From Terriglobia bacterium (GTDB taxonomy: Bacteria; Acidobacteriota; Terriglobia; Terriglobales; Acidobacteriaceae), in assembly GCA_020073165.1 (NCBI GenBank), contig JAIQFP010000026.1, positions 1 to 24,000 on the forward strand: a stretch of DNA of 24,000 bases. Reading direction: 5' to 3'. Of this stretch, positions 8,666 to 16,612 are shown piece after piece. Both the position numbers and the translations under genes were made by a program. Within the stretch, counting starts at the first letter, position 1. Each line of letters opens with the position of its first letter. A model generated the notes under the pieces. That model made no database searches. It was not told where the DNA came from and saw only the letters and a list, made by a program, of their open reading frames with translations.

Positions 8666-10261
8666 TTACCGCTTCAGCAAATCCACCGGCTCCCGCACAT
8701 CCGTCACCCGGAAAAACTTCGCCAGCGCCGGATACTTCTCCGCCATGGCTTCGTACATCGCCCACGCAACTTTTCGATAGGAAATATGCCCCGCCGGCCC
8801 ACTCCGCAGCTCGGAGATGTACACCACCTCGGCGAAATCCATCTTGAACAGCGTGCGCTTGCGGAAGCCCAGCGGGATGGCGTACTGGGAATTTTCCTGC
8901 GCCTCCCCGCCGCCTCGTGCCGCAAGCTGCTCGACTGCGGCTGCCGCGCGCCGCATCGCCGCATCGTAGCTTTTCTGTACCCCGGCTGGCTCCAGTTCTT
9001 CTGGCATGTCGTATCCGTGCTTCGTCGTGAACCCTTGTCCGATCTGCACGCAGCGCCGGTGGCGATGCATGTCGCGGAAGCCCCCCACGTCCATCAGAAT
9101 GTCGAAGCGAAACTTCTGACCCGCGCAGAAGGCCCGCAGCATCTCATCGTGCTTGCCACGATGGCGCAGGCCGAGGTCAATGATCTCCCGCCGGATGTTG
9201 TCGCCCGCCGCTCCTACAGCCTCCCTCACTTGACGGTAGGGATAATGGCAGTGCTCGTAGAGCAGCGTGCTCGCCAGTTCCACTTCCAGAGGTTCTTCGT
9301 CGAGCAGGTCCACCATCTTCGCGGCCGCGATGCGCGCGTTCCCCATCAACTCGCTGGCGGCTTTCCGCAACTCCGCACGCGTCTGCGATTCGTACACGTT
9401 CGGGTCCGCATACTTCACCAAAGTCGGCGCCACGCGGACCTCGCGCAGCAACTCCTGCTCCGCCCGCGCCGCCAGTTCTGGTGAGACGGCGCGTATCTGC
9501 TCCACCAACTCCCGCAAGGAGTCCTGATTGACGTTGTAGGCCGGGGACGTGGCCGCGCGCTTCAGTAGCTCTCCCAGATACCGCACTTCTTTGTGGGTAT
9601 GCGCGAGCAGGTGCGCCACCTGGCTTTCCAGCGTGCGCGCATTGACGATCTCTCCCAGCGACGTATTGGTCGCCAGCGGCAACAGGTAGCGCGAAATATC
9701 GAACGCCCGCGCCCGCAGCGTGCGCTCGTAGGCTTCCTGCTTCATCTCCGCCGGCTTGGGCGTGATCCCCGCCAGGTACTCAAACATCCGCTGCGACAGC
9801 GACTCGTATTCGGCGAACAGCAACTCCACGGTGTCGCGATACAAGGCACGGGCGGGCGAGGCGCCCGCCTCCACACGATCTTCGCCAAAATCCGGCGTGA
9901 AGTAGCCGCTCTTCTTGAAATCCTGGTAGCGGGTGGAGCGCTCCTGGCCGTCCCAGCGCTGCTCGTCGGCAATGGCAATCGCCGCCAGAATCGACAGCCG
10001 CTCGATGGCTAGCGCAATATGGGCCAAATCCGCAATCGAGCGGTGTCCGTACTGGAAGTAGAAGGTGTTGAGGAATTTCTCGGCTTTCTGTTGCGTGATC
10101 TCCCTCAGTGACTCCTTCATGGAGAGCGCCGAGCGCGAGTACTTGGCCATGGCATAGGCCTGGATCTCGGGTTCAGCGCCATAGACGGCGTAGACCTCGA
10201 CCGAGGGCGCGTCCGTGGGAGCGCTGTTTCCATTGGAGCGGGGTGTGTCGCTGAAAGACAT
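8666..10261 (-). CDS. long (531 aa) ThyX-family flavin-dependent thymidylate synthase-like protein, apparently two fused ThyX-like halves
   Basis: The N-terminal half has YAMAKYSRS...GHRSIADLAHIALAIE...QERSTRY (ThyX-like, with the S-x-R-Y part of the signature). The C-terminal half has FRDMHRHRRCVQ (the RHR part). The length matches the long ThyX forms I recall from some bacteria. Assignment is from motif memory only. Confidence 0.6.
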   Translation of the reverse strand: MSFSDTPRSNGNSAPTDAPSVEVYAVYGAEPEIQAYAMAKYSRSALSMKESLREITQQKAEKFLNTFYFQYGHRSIADLAHIALAIERLSILAAIAIADEQRWDGQERSTRYQDFKKSGYFTPDFGEDRVEAGASPARALYRDTVELLFAEYESLSQRMFEYLAGITPKPAEMKQEAYERTLRARAFDISRYLLPLATNTSLGEIVNARTLESQVAHLLAHTHKEVRYLGELLKRAATSPAYNVNQDSLRELVEQIRAVSPELAARAEQELLREVRVAPTLVKYADPNVYESQTRAELRKAASELMGNARIAAAKMVDLLDEEPLEVELASTLLYEHCHYPYRQVREAVGAAGDNIRREIIDLGLRHRGKHDEMLRAFCAGQKFRFDILMDVGGFRDMHRHRRCVQIGQGFTTKHGYDMPEELEPAGVQKSYDAAMRRAAAAVEQLAARGGGEAQENSQYAIPLGFRKRTLFKMDFAEVVYISELRSGPAGHISYRKVAWAMYEAMAEKYPALAKFFRVTDVREPVDLLKR

Positions 10262-10467
10262 GGGCGTGATCGACCTTAGATTGGTCCCACTGGAATGTTA
10301 CACGATACACAATTCAGAGGGCGCCAACACGCGGAATCAGCGGGCAGTCAAGCCAAAACAGGCTTCCGCCGAACCGCAGCGGGTTACCGTTTAGCGCACC
10401 GGGTCTTACCATTGTCACTTTTCTTTTGGCAGGCGAATCAGATATAAAGTATGTACCACCTTTTTTC

Positions 10468-11328
10468 ATGAACCGTCTTTTGCGCACAATTTTCCTGTTC
10501 TTGCTGGCCACCGGTGTTGCAGCCGCGCAGAGCCCGTTTCTGATCGCCTCGGGTGCAACCAGCGATGCCTTGTCGCCATTCGGGATTTCCTCCGACAGCG
10601 TCTCCCTGCCTGTTTCCGCCATGATGCCGCCGGCGGACCGGACGGTGCCCGAACTGGCGGCTCCGGTTACGCTGCCGCGCATGGCGCCAGAACTGGCTCT
10701 GCAAACCTACCAGCGACGAGCTACTTTGCAGTCCGCGGGGCTGGTTTCCTACGACGCCACCACCCTGATTCGCGCCGCGCTTCCGGACACATCTCAGTAT
10801 GGTGAGTTCGAACTGCAGCGTCATTACGCCGCGCCGCGCACGCTCCAGTTCAAAGCGGTGCACTTCAGCGGCGACAGTTTTGTGAAGAGCAACATCATCA
10901 CCCGTTTGTTGCAGTCCGAAGTAGATCACGTTCAGAAAGACGACACCGCGCTGACCGCTCTCAGCCCGGCGAACTACAAGTTCTCCTTCAAAGGCACGAG
11001 TGAGATCGAGGGGCGCACCGTGCACATCTACCAGGTGAAGCCGCACAAGAAACGCGCCGGCCTGTTCAAGGGGCGGGTCTATCTGGATGCGCACACCGGC
11101 AGCCTGGTGCGCGCCGAAGGCAGCGTGGTCAAGTCGCCGTCGTTCTTCATCAAGAAACTCGAGTTCGTGCAGGACTACGAGGACATCGCCGGATTCACCT
11201 TCCCGGTGCACATCCACTCCGAGGCCTCCGCCCGCATCGTGGGGCGCGCCGTCGTGGACATCTATCAGAGCAACTACCAGCCGGTCACCCACACCACCGA
11301 GGCTACACAGTCGCTCCCGTCGATGTAG
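10468..11328 (+). CDS. secreted hypothetical protein (286 aa)
   Basis: I placed the start at ATG 10468 because MNRLLRTIFLFLLATGVAAAQ is a clean signal peptide. The body is beta-rich and looks like real coding sequence. A LolA-like or lipoprotein-sorting fold is only a guess. The 300-aa antisense mirror ORF is an artefact. Confidence 0.6.
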   Translation: MNRLLRTIFLFLLATGVAAAQSPFLIASGATSDALSPFGISSDSVSLPVSAMMPPADRTVPELAAPVTLPRMAPELALQTYQRRATLQSAGLVSYDATTLIRAALPDTSQYGEFELQRHYAAPRTLQFKAVHFSGDSFVKSNIITRLLQSEVDHVQKDDTALTALSPANYKFSFKGTSEIEGRTVHIYQVKPHKKRAGLFKGRVYLDAHTGSLVRAEGSVVKSPSFFIKKLEFVQDYEDIAGFTFPVHIHSEASARIVGRAVVDIYQSNYQPVTHTTEATQSLPSM

Positions 11329-11418
11329 CCACCTCCACACCGGAGAGGTACTCCAGCCCTTCCAGCGACTCCCTATACCTTGGCGTTATCCTGAGCGGCT
11401 TGCCGCGAAGGATCTGGC

Positions 11419-12240
11419 GTGCTCCAGCTCCGATCTGGGCTAGCAAGCACTCCGAATCCATTCGACAATCATCCATCAAAAATCAACAATGAAGTGGTGC
11501 ACCCGGCTCTCAAGTCTGTCGGCCACCGGCCCTGGCCTTTACCGGCTGGACCGTGGATCATGGCGCAGACCTGGCATGATCTTTTGTTCGCCCACTGGCC
11601 GGTTGCAGCGGAGGTTCTGCGTCCCCTGGTTCCCTCGCAACTTCCGCTGGACGCTTTCGACGGCCAGTGCTGGGTTGGAGTGGTTCCCTTCCACATGAGC
11701 GGAGTGCGGTCTCACGGCCTGCCTGCCCTTCCCGGACTTTCGCGTTTTCCCGAGTTGAACGTCCGCACCTACGTGTCGCTGGACTGTAAGCCCGGCGTGT
11801 ACTTTTTCAGCCTGGATGCGGCCAACCTGCCCGCCGTGTGGGCGGCCCGCAGGTTTTACCGGCTGCCTTATTTCCACGCGCGCATGTCGGCCGAGTTCCA
11901 CGATCCGTGGATCTGTTACGATTCCCGCCGCTACCAGGGACAGGCGGAATTTCGTGGGAAGTACCGGCCCGTCGGCGAGGCCCGGCTAAGCGAGAAGGGC
12001 ACTATCGAGCATTGGCTCACCGAGCGCTACTGTCTGTACACGGTGAAGGAGAGTCAGGTGCACCGCGCTGAAATCCATCACCAGCCATGGCCGCTCCAGG
12101 ACGCGGAGGCTGAAATCGAGACAAACAGCATGGCTTTGGCGGCGGGGATTGTCCTTCCTCAAGACCGTCCACTGTTGCACTTTGCGCGAAAACTGGATGT
12201 CCTGATCTGGCCGCTGAAGAAAATCAAGGGACTCGGGTGA
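11419..12240 (+). CDS. DUF2071 (YqjF-like) domain protein
   Basis: RPWPLPAGPWIMAQTWHDLLFAHWPV...LDAFDGQCWVGVVPFHM...FPELNVRTYV matches the DUF2071 family pattern. GTG 11419 has GAAGGA 6 nt upstream. GTG 11494 and 11497 are alternative starts. Confidence 0.75.
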   Translation: MLQLRSGLASTPNPFDNHPSKINNEVVHPALKSVGHRPWPLPAGPWIMAQTWHDLLFAHWPVAAEVLRPLVPSQLPLDAFDGQCWVGVVPFHMSGVRSHGLPALPGLSRFPELNVRTYVSLDCKPGVYFFSLDAANLPAVWAARRFYRLPYFHARMSAEFHDPWICYDSRRYQGQAEFRGKYRPVGEARLSEKGTIEHWLTERYCLYTVKESQVHRAEIHHQPWPLQDAEAEIETNSMALAAGIVLPQDRPLLHFARKLDVLIWPLKKIKGLG

Positions 12241-12307
12241 GAGCTGCCCTTTCGCCAGCCGCATTTCCTTGCCGTAGGCGCACTGCTGCCTCTATTCTGC
12301 CCTTGCC

Positions 12308-13489
12308 ATGCCGCACGGTACTGATCAGTTTCTGCTCGAACTCTTCGCCATCTTTGTAGCGGCGAAGGTAGTGGGCGAGATCTTCGAGCGCCTCCGTCTG
12401 CCCGCGGTGCTGGGAGAAATCCTGGCGGGCGTGACGCTTGGTCCCTATGCGCTGGGCTGGATCCACTCCAGCGACACTCTGCGTTCCATCGCCGAGATCG
12501 GCGCGATCTTCGTCCTGTTCTCCGCGGGCCTGGAAACCAGCCCGCAGGACCTGATCCGCGTGGGGCGCAAGGCGCTGCTAGTGGCAGTCGCCGGGATCGT
12601 GGCCCCGTTTGTGCTGGGGTTCGCGTACATGAAGTGGCGCGGGGACGCCTCCACCGAGGCGATTTTTGTGGGCGCCGCCATGGTCGCCACCAGCGTTGGG
12701 ATCACCGCGCGGGTGCTTGGCGATCTGAAGGTGCTCTCCACCCGCACCGCGAAAATTATTCTGGGCGCCGCGGTCTTCGACGACATCCTCGGCATGCTGT
12801 TGCTGGCGGTGGTGGCCGGGCTGGCTTCGGAAGGCGGGCTGGAATGGTTGCACCTGGGTGTGCTCAGCGTCGAGGCCACGGCCTTCGCCTTGTTCATGAT
12901 CTTCGTTGCGCCCCGCATTGTCCGCCGCATGCAGCCGCGGATGGAGCGCCTGTCCACGCAGAATGCCTCGTTGATTGTGGCCCTCGCCATTTGCCTGTTT
13001 CTTTCCTGGCTGTCGGTCAAGATCGGTATGGCTGCGATCATCGGCGCCTTCTTTGCTGGACTGATGTTTGCCGACCATGCTCCGCAGTGGAACCTGCTGC
13101 CGCGCGTTGGCGGGATCACTCAGTTCCTCGCGCCCTTTTTCTTCTTTTCCATCGGCTCCCAGCTGAACGTGCATCTCTTCACCGGACACGTGCTGTTGGC
13201 GGCGACTATCGTCTCGCTGCTGGCCATCGTTTCCAAGGTAGTCGGCTGCGGACTGCCGCTGGTGCACGAAGGCTGGCACGCCGCCTTGCGCGTGGGAGTG
13301 GGCATGATGCCGCGCGGCGAAGTGGCCCTCATCGTCGCTCTGGTCGGACTCAATTCGCAGATCGTGACCCAGTCCACCTACGCGATTGTGGTTTTCATGA
13401 CCGCGGTCACTACGCTCCTCGCGCCGCCGCTGATGCGCTACCTGTTCCGGAATGAAAGGCCGGAAGCCGCACCCTCCGTGGCGCAGTAG
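12308..13489 (+). CDS. cation:proton antiporter (Na+/H+ exchanger family, CPA2-like, no C-terminal regulatory domain)
   Basis: A 393-aa polytopic membrane protein. The start LLELFAIFVAAKVVGEIFERLRLPAVLGEILAGVTLGP is typical of Kef/NapA-type exchangers. Confidence 0.85.
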   Translation: MPHGTDQFLLELFAIFVAAKVVGEIFERLRLPAVLGEILAGVTLGPYALGWIHSSDTLRSIAEIGAIFVLFSAGLETSPQDLIRVGRKALLVAVAGIVAPFVLGFAYMKWRGDASTEAIFVGAAMVATSVGITARVLGDLKVLSTRTAKIILGAAVFDDILGMLLLAVVAGLASEGGLEWLHLGVLSVEATAFALFMIFVAPRIVRRMQPRMERLSTQNASLIVALAICLFLSWLSVKIGMAAIIGAFFAGLMFADHAPQWNLLPRVGGITQFLAPFFFFSIGSQLNVHLFTGHVLLAATIVSLLAIVSKVVGCGLPLVHEGWHAALRVGVGMMPRGEVALIVALVGLNSQIVTQSTYAIVVFMTAVTTLLAPPLMRYLFRNERPEAAPSVAQ

Positions 13490-13511
13490 TCAGCGCATGG
13501 TGGACGAAAGG

Positions 13512-13517
13512 TATAAT
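13512..13517 (+). promoter_or_regulatory. perfect TATAAT hexamer 26 nt upstream of the fabG ATG (candidate -10 box)
   Basis: TATAAT sits at 13512-13517, followed by GGGAGGAG (13531-13538) and ATG 13543. No convincing -35 element at 17-bp spacing. Confidence 0.3.
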
Positions 13518-13542
13518 TCCGCTTCTCACCGGGAGGAGCCCT

Positions 13543-14286
13543 ATGAGTTCGTCCGGCCATGTTGCGCTGGTCACCGGCGCATCCCAGGGCATTGGCCGTG
13601 CCTGCGCTCTCAAGCTCGCGCAAGCGGGCGCAACCGTGGCGGCCGCTGCCCGCAGCCAGGAAAAGTTGAACGAACTGGTTGGTCAGATCACCGGCAGCGG
13701 CGGGAAGGCCGCTTCTTTTCCCATGGACGTCGCCGACGAAGAGCAGATCAAGACTGTGTGCAAGGCGGTCATCGGACAGCTCGGCAAGATCGATATCCTG
13801 GTGAACAATGCTGGCATCACCCGCGACCAGCTCGTCATGCGCATGAAGCGCGCCGACTGGGACGCAGTGCTCAACACCAACCTGACGTCGGCCTATCTGT
13901 GTATTCAGCAGGTGATCGGCTCCATGCTCAAGCAACGCTGGGGGCGGATCATCAACATAACCTCAATTTTTGGTCAGATGGGGCAGGCGGGGCAGGCCAA
14001 CTACGCGTCTTCCAAAGCCGGCCTGATCGGCTTGACCATGGCCATGGCCCGCGAGGTTGCCTCACGCAACATTACCTGCAACGCGGTGGCGCCCGGCTTC
14101 ATCGAAACCGCTATGACGTCGGGGCTGGGCGAGGACTTCAAGCAGAATGCGCTCAAGATGGTTCCGCTGGGCCGTATCGGGACCCCCGAAGACGTGGCGA
14201 ATGCGGTGGCGTTTCTAGCTTCGGAAGAGGCTTCCTACATCACCGGGCACGTGTTAAACGTCAACGGGGGCATGCTGATGGGGTAA
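13543..14286 (+). CDS. fabG: 3-oxoacyl-[acyl-carrier-protein] reductase
   Basis: A 247-aa SDR with TGASQGIGRA, NNAGITRD, YASSKAG and the C-terminal HVLNVNGGMLMG, matching the FabG pattern. Strong SD upstream. Confidence 0.9.
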   Translation: MSSSGHVALVTGASQGIGRACALKLAQAGATVAAAARSQEKLNELVGQITGSGGKAASFPMDVADEEQIKTVCKAVIGQLGKIDILVNNAGITRDQLVMRMKRADWDAVLNTNLTSAYLCIQQVIGSMLKQRWGRIINITSIFGQMGQAGQANYASSKAGLIGLTMAMAREVASRNITCNAVAPGFIETAMTSGLGEDFKQNALKMVPLGRIGTPEDVANAVAFLASEEASYITGHVLNVNGGMLMG

Positions 14287-14324
14287 CGCTGAGTTCCAAG
14301 ACGCGGGCTGCCATCGCTGTCGCA

Positions 14325-14585
14325 GTGGGTGCATGTGTCACGTGTGTAAGGTTTCTTCTCGGCGAGATGGGTCATCACCGAGCGGGTTATTACTTCATTT
14401 CTCCCGGCATGTTCGCGCTGTCTCCGCTGTATCCGGAAGGACTGCACTCGTCAGGCAGAGTGCCCGATGTGCTCCCGTATTTCTATGTCTTGCTCCTCAC
14501 GAACATCGTCTTGTGTGCGGCTGTCGCATATTTCCTAATGCGCTTGTTCTGCAGAGGCAATCGGTCCACAAATGAAGGCCTCTAG
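14325..14585 (+). CDS. possible small membrane protein (about 86 aa); weak call
   Basis: This is the tail of the 13452-14585 frame that lies beyond fabG, with a GTG at 14325 or ATG at 14367. It contains a hydrophobic stretch VLPYFYVLLLTNIVLCAAVAYFLMRLF. Third-position GC is visibly lower than in neighbouring genes, so it may be non-coding. Confidence 0.25.
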   Translation: MGACVTCVRFLLGEMGHHRAGYYFISPGMFALSPLYPEGLHSSGRVPDVLPYFYVLLLTNIVLCAAVAYFLMRLFCRGNRSTNEGL

Positions 14586-14613
14586 GGATGGCCTGGCAGT
14601 TGCGGGTCTACGT

Positions 14614-15072
14614 ATGGCACAGGCGGAGTCACCCGTCCACATCGCCCAGGCCCGCGAACTTTTCCTCGAATATGCGCAGTCGCTCGGCTTCAGCCTGTGC
14701 TTCCAAGGGTTCGACAAGGAGCTGGCCGCACTCCCCGGCGATTACGCTCCGCCCGATGGTAGGCTGCTGCTGGCTGAGTTCGAAGCTCAGTTGGCCGGTT
14801 GCGTCGCATTGCACAAACTGGAAGGCACGATCTGTGAGATGAAGCGTCTCTATCTCAGGCAACAATTTCGTGGCAAGGGCCTGGGGCGAGCTTTGGCAGA
14901 AACGGTGATTGCCGAAGCCCGCGCCATCGGCTATAAACACATGCGCCTGGATACCGTCGAACCGATCATGAAGGACGCGGTGGCGATGTATCGGCGACTG
15001 GGTTTCAAAGAGATCGCGCCGTATCGCCCGAATCCGATCGAGGGCGCGATGTACATGGAGTTGCAGCTGTAG
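14614..15072 (+). CDS. GNAT family N-acetyltransferase
   Basis: Acetyl-CoA binding motif RQQFRGKGLGRALAETVI and the C-terminal MYRRLGFKEI. I preferred the start at ATG 14614 (152 aa) from the usual family length; ATG 14572 is possible. Confidence 0.85.
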   Translation: MAQAESPVHIAQARELFLEYAQSLGFSLCFQGFDKELAALPGDYAPPDGRLLLAEFEAQLAGCVALHKLEGTICEMKRLYLRQQFRGKGLGRALAETVIAEARAIGYKHMRLDTVEPIMKDAVAMYRRLGFKEIAPYRPNPIEGAMYMELQL

Positions 15073-15073
15073 C

Positions 15074-15090
15074 GCCGGCGTCCCGCCGGC
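15074..15090 (+). terminator. GC hairpin 2 nt after the GNAT stop codon
   Basis: GCCGGCG-TCC-CGCCGGC, a perfect 7-bp stem. No T-tract follows, so terminator function is uncertain. Confidence 0.3.
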
Positions 15091-15112
15091 CAAATCGAAC
15101 CCGGCGGCAAGA

Positions 15113-15126
15113 AGTTTCATGAAACT
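15113..15126. promoter_or_regulatory. perfect 14-bp palindrome AGTTTCATGAAACT upstream of the dienelactone hydrolase gene (candidate operator)
   Basis: Perfect dyad symmetry read directly from the sequence, 31 nt upstream of ATG 15157. It overlaps a second inverted repeat, AGAAGTTT (15110-15117) / AAACTTCT (15136-15143). Confidence 0.35.
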
Positions 15127-15156
15127 GCGCGTGAAAAACTTCTGTCAGGTGGAACC

Positions 15157-15900
15157 ATGAACAAGTTCGTGCTAGTCGTTGCCGTTATGTTACTTGCCCT
15201 CTCCTCCTTCGCCGCCACCAGCAAAACCGTCTCCTACAAGAGTGGTGAAGAAACCGTACAGGGTGTTCTCTACACTCCAGCCGGCAAAGGCCCCTTTCCG
15301 GGCATCATCGTCATCCACGAATGGTGGGGACTGAATGACTGGGTGAAGGAGCAAGCCTCCAAACTGGCCGACGAAGGCTACGTCGCGCTCGCGGTCGATC
15401 TCTATCGCGGCAAAGTCGCCACCTCGCCGGATGAAGCCCACGAACTGATGCGCGGCGTGCCCGAGGACCGCGCTGCGCGCGATTTGCATGCGGCCTTTGC
15501 CTTCCTCGCCTCGCAGGCCAACGTGAAGAAAGACCGCATAGGCTCCATTGGCTGGTGCATGGGCGGCGGCTATTCCCTCGACGTGGCGCTCCAGGAGCCG
15601 ACTCTGGCGGCCACCGTGATCAACTACGGCCATCTGGCCACTGATCCCGAGTCAATCAAGAAAATCAATGCTTCGATTCTCGGCCTGTTCGGCGGACAAG
15701 ACCGCGGCATTCCCCCGAGCGACGTACAGAAATTTGCACAGACGTTGAAGCAGTTGGGCAAGAAAGTGGATGTTACGGTTTATCCCGATGCTGGACATGC
15801 CTTTGAGAATCCCGATAACAAGGCCGGATACCGTGCCGACGATGCCGCCGACGCCTGGAAGCGCACCGTGAAGTTCCTGGCGGAAACGCTAAAGAAGTAG
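15157..15900 (+). CDS. dienelactone hydrolase family protein, secreted
   Basis: Signal peptide MNKFVLVVAVMLLALSSFAA, then GIIVIHEWWGLNDWVK, GWCMGGG (nucleophile elbow) and YPDAGHAF. These are the DLH family hallmarks. Confidence 0.88.
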   Translation: MNKFVLVVAVMLLALSSFAATSKTVSYKSGEETVQGVLYTPAGKGPFPGIIVIHEWWGLNDWVKEQASKLADEGYVALAVDLYRGKVATSPDEAHELMRGVPEDRAARDLHAAFAFLASQANVKKDRIGSIGWCMGGGYSLDVALQEPTLAATVINYGHLATDPESIKKINASILGLFGGQDRGIPPSDVQKFAQTLKQLGKKVDVTVYPDAGHAFENPDNKAGYRADDAADAWKRTVKFLAETLKK

Positions 15901-15999
15901 CGCTCAGCATGCGAGACGCTGGCCTGTCGCCGACTGACTTTCATGGCTGAGTGCTGAATGCCAACCTGCTGCCCTGCCGCTCGTGCAGTGACTTTTCTC

Positions 16000-16028
16000 T
16001 TGCCAGAAAATACGACTGTGGGTACTAT
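16000..16028 (+). promoter_or_regulatory. sigma-70-like promoter candidate for the XRE regulator gene
   Basis: TTGCCA (16000-16005), exactly 17 nt of spacer, then TACTAT (16023-16028). GGAG at 16043 and ATG at 16052 follow at sensible distances. Confidence 0.45.
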
Positions 16029-16051
16029 TCACCCATTCTTTCGGAGCTGAC

Positions 16052-16417
16052 ATGCAGGTTGCCTCCATGAACATCGGCGAAACCATCCGCAACTACCGCC
16101 TGCAGAAAGGTATGTCCCAGGGCGACATTGAGAAGCGCACCGGCCTGCTGCGCTGCTATTTGTCGCGGGTCGAGAACGGTCACACCATTCCTTCGCTCGA
16201 CACGCTTTCCAAGATCGCCGGGGCCATGGAGCTCCCGCTTTCGCAGTTCTTCGCTGAACCCGGACACAGTAACGGTTCCAAAGGGTTACCCCAGCTCTCC
16301 GACGATGAAGTCCGTTTCCTCAGCCAGATCCGCCGCTACAGCGTCAGCCTCAACGACAGCGACCGCAAGCTGGTGCTGGCCATGGTCAAGAAGATGGCGG
16401 CCAACTCGGCACGATAA
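16052..16417 (+). CDS. XRE-family helix-turn-helix transcriptional regulator
   Basis: IRNYRLQKGMSQGDIEKRTGLLRCYLSRVENGHTIPSLDTLSKIAGAMELPLSQFF is a canonical Cro/C1-type HTH. GGAG lies 5 nt upstream of ATG 16052. Confidence 0.88.
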   Translation: MQVASMNIGETIRNYRLQKGMSQGDIEKRTGLLRCYLSRVENGHTIPSLDTLSKIAGAMELPLSQFFAEPGHSNGSKGLPQLSDDEVRFLSQIRRYSVSLNDSDRKLVLAMVKKMAANSAR

Positions 16418-16422
16418 ACACT

Positions 16423-16521
16423 GCACTGGGCACTTAGCACCTAGCTTCTGGCTCGGAAGTCTTGTGCCCACCCATGTTGTTCAGGGGCCAAATGCTAATT
16501 GCTAACTGCTAACTGCTGCTT
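16423..16521 (+). repeat. inverted heptad-array hairpin A (probable terminator of the XRE gene)
   Basis: Left array GCACTGG GCACTTA GCACCTA (16423-16443). Right array GCTAATT GCTAACT GCTAACT GCTGCTT (16494-16521). Positions 16430-16445 are complementary to 16494-16509 (or to 16501-16516) at 13 of 16 positions. A T5 run at 16520-16524 follows. Confidence 0.6.
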
Positions 16522-16612
16522 TTTGGGTACTTTCGTTCTATCCCTCCCGTGACCCACGGGAACCTCGTCCCTGCGCCCCAGAACTCCTACACTGGTCGCT
16601 GGAGAAGTCTCC

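Noticed and set aside
10438-11340. 300-aa ORF on the minus strand exactly mirroring the 300-aa plus-strand ORF
   Set aside because: Typical high-GC antisense artefact. The product is Arg/Gly/His-rich with no hydrophobic core pattern, whereas the plus-strand product has a clean signal peptide and normal composition.
13452-14286. The first 278 codons of a 377-aa plus-strand ORF overlapping the antiporter end and all of fabG
   Set aside because: It is out of frame with a textbook FabG sequence, and the product is Arg/Gly/His-rich. Only the tail beyond fabG (14325-14585) was kept, as a low-confidence call.
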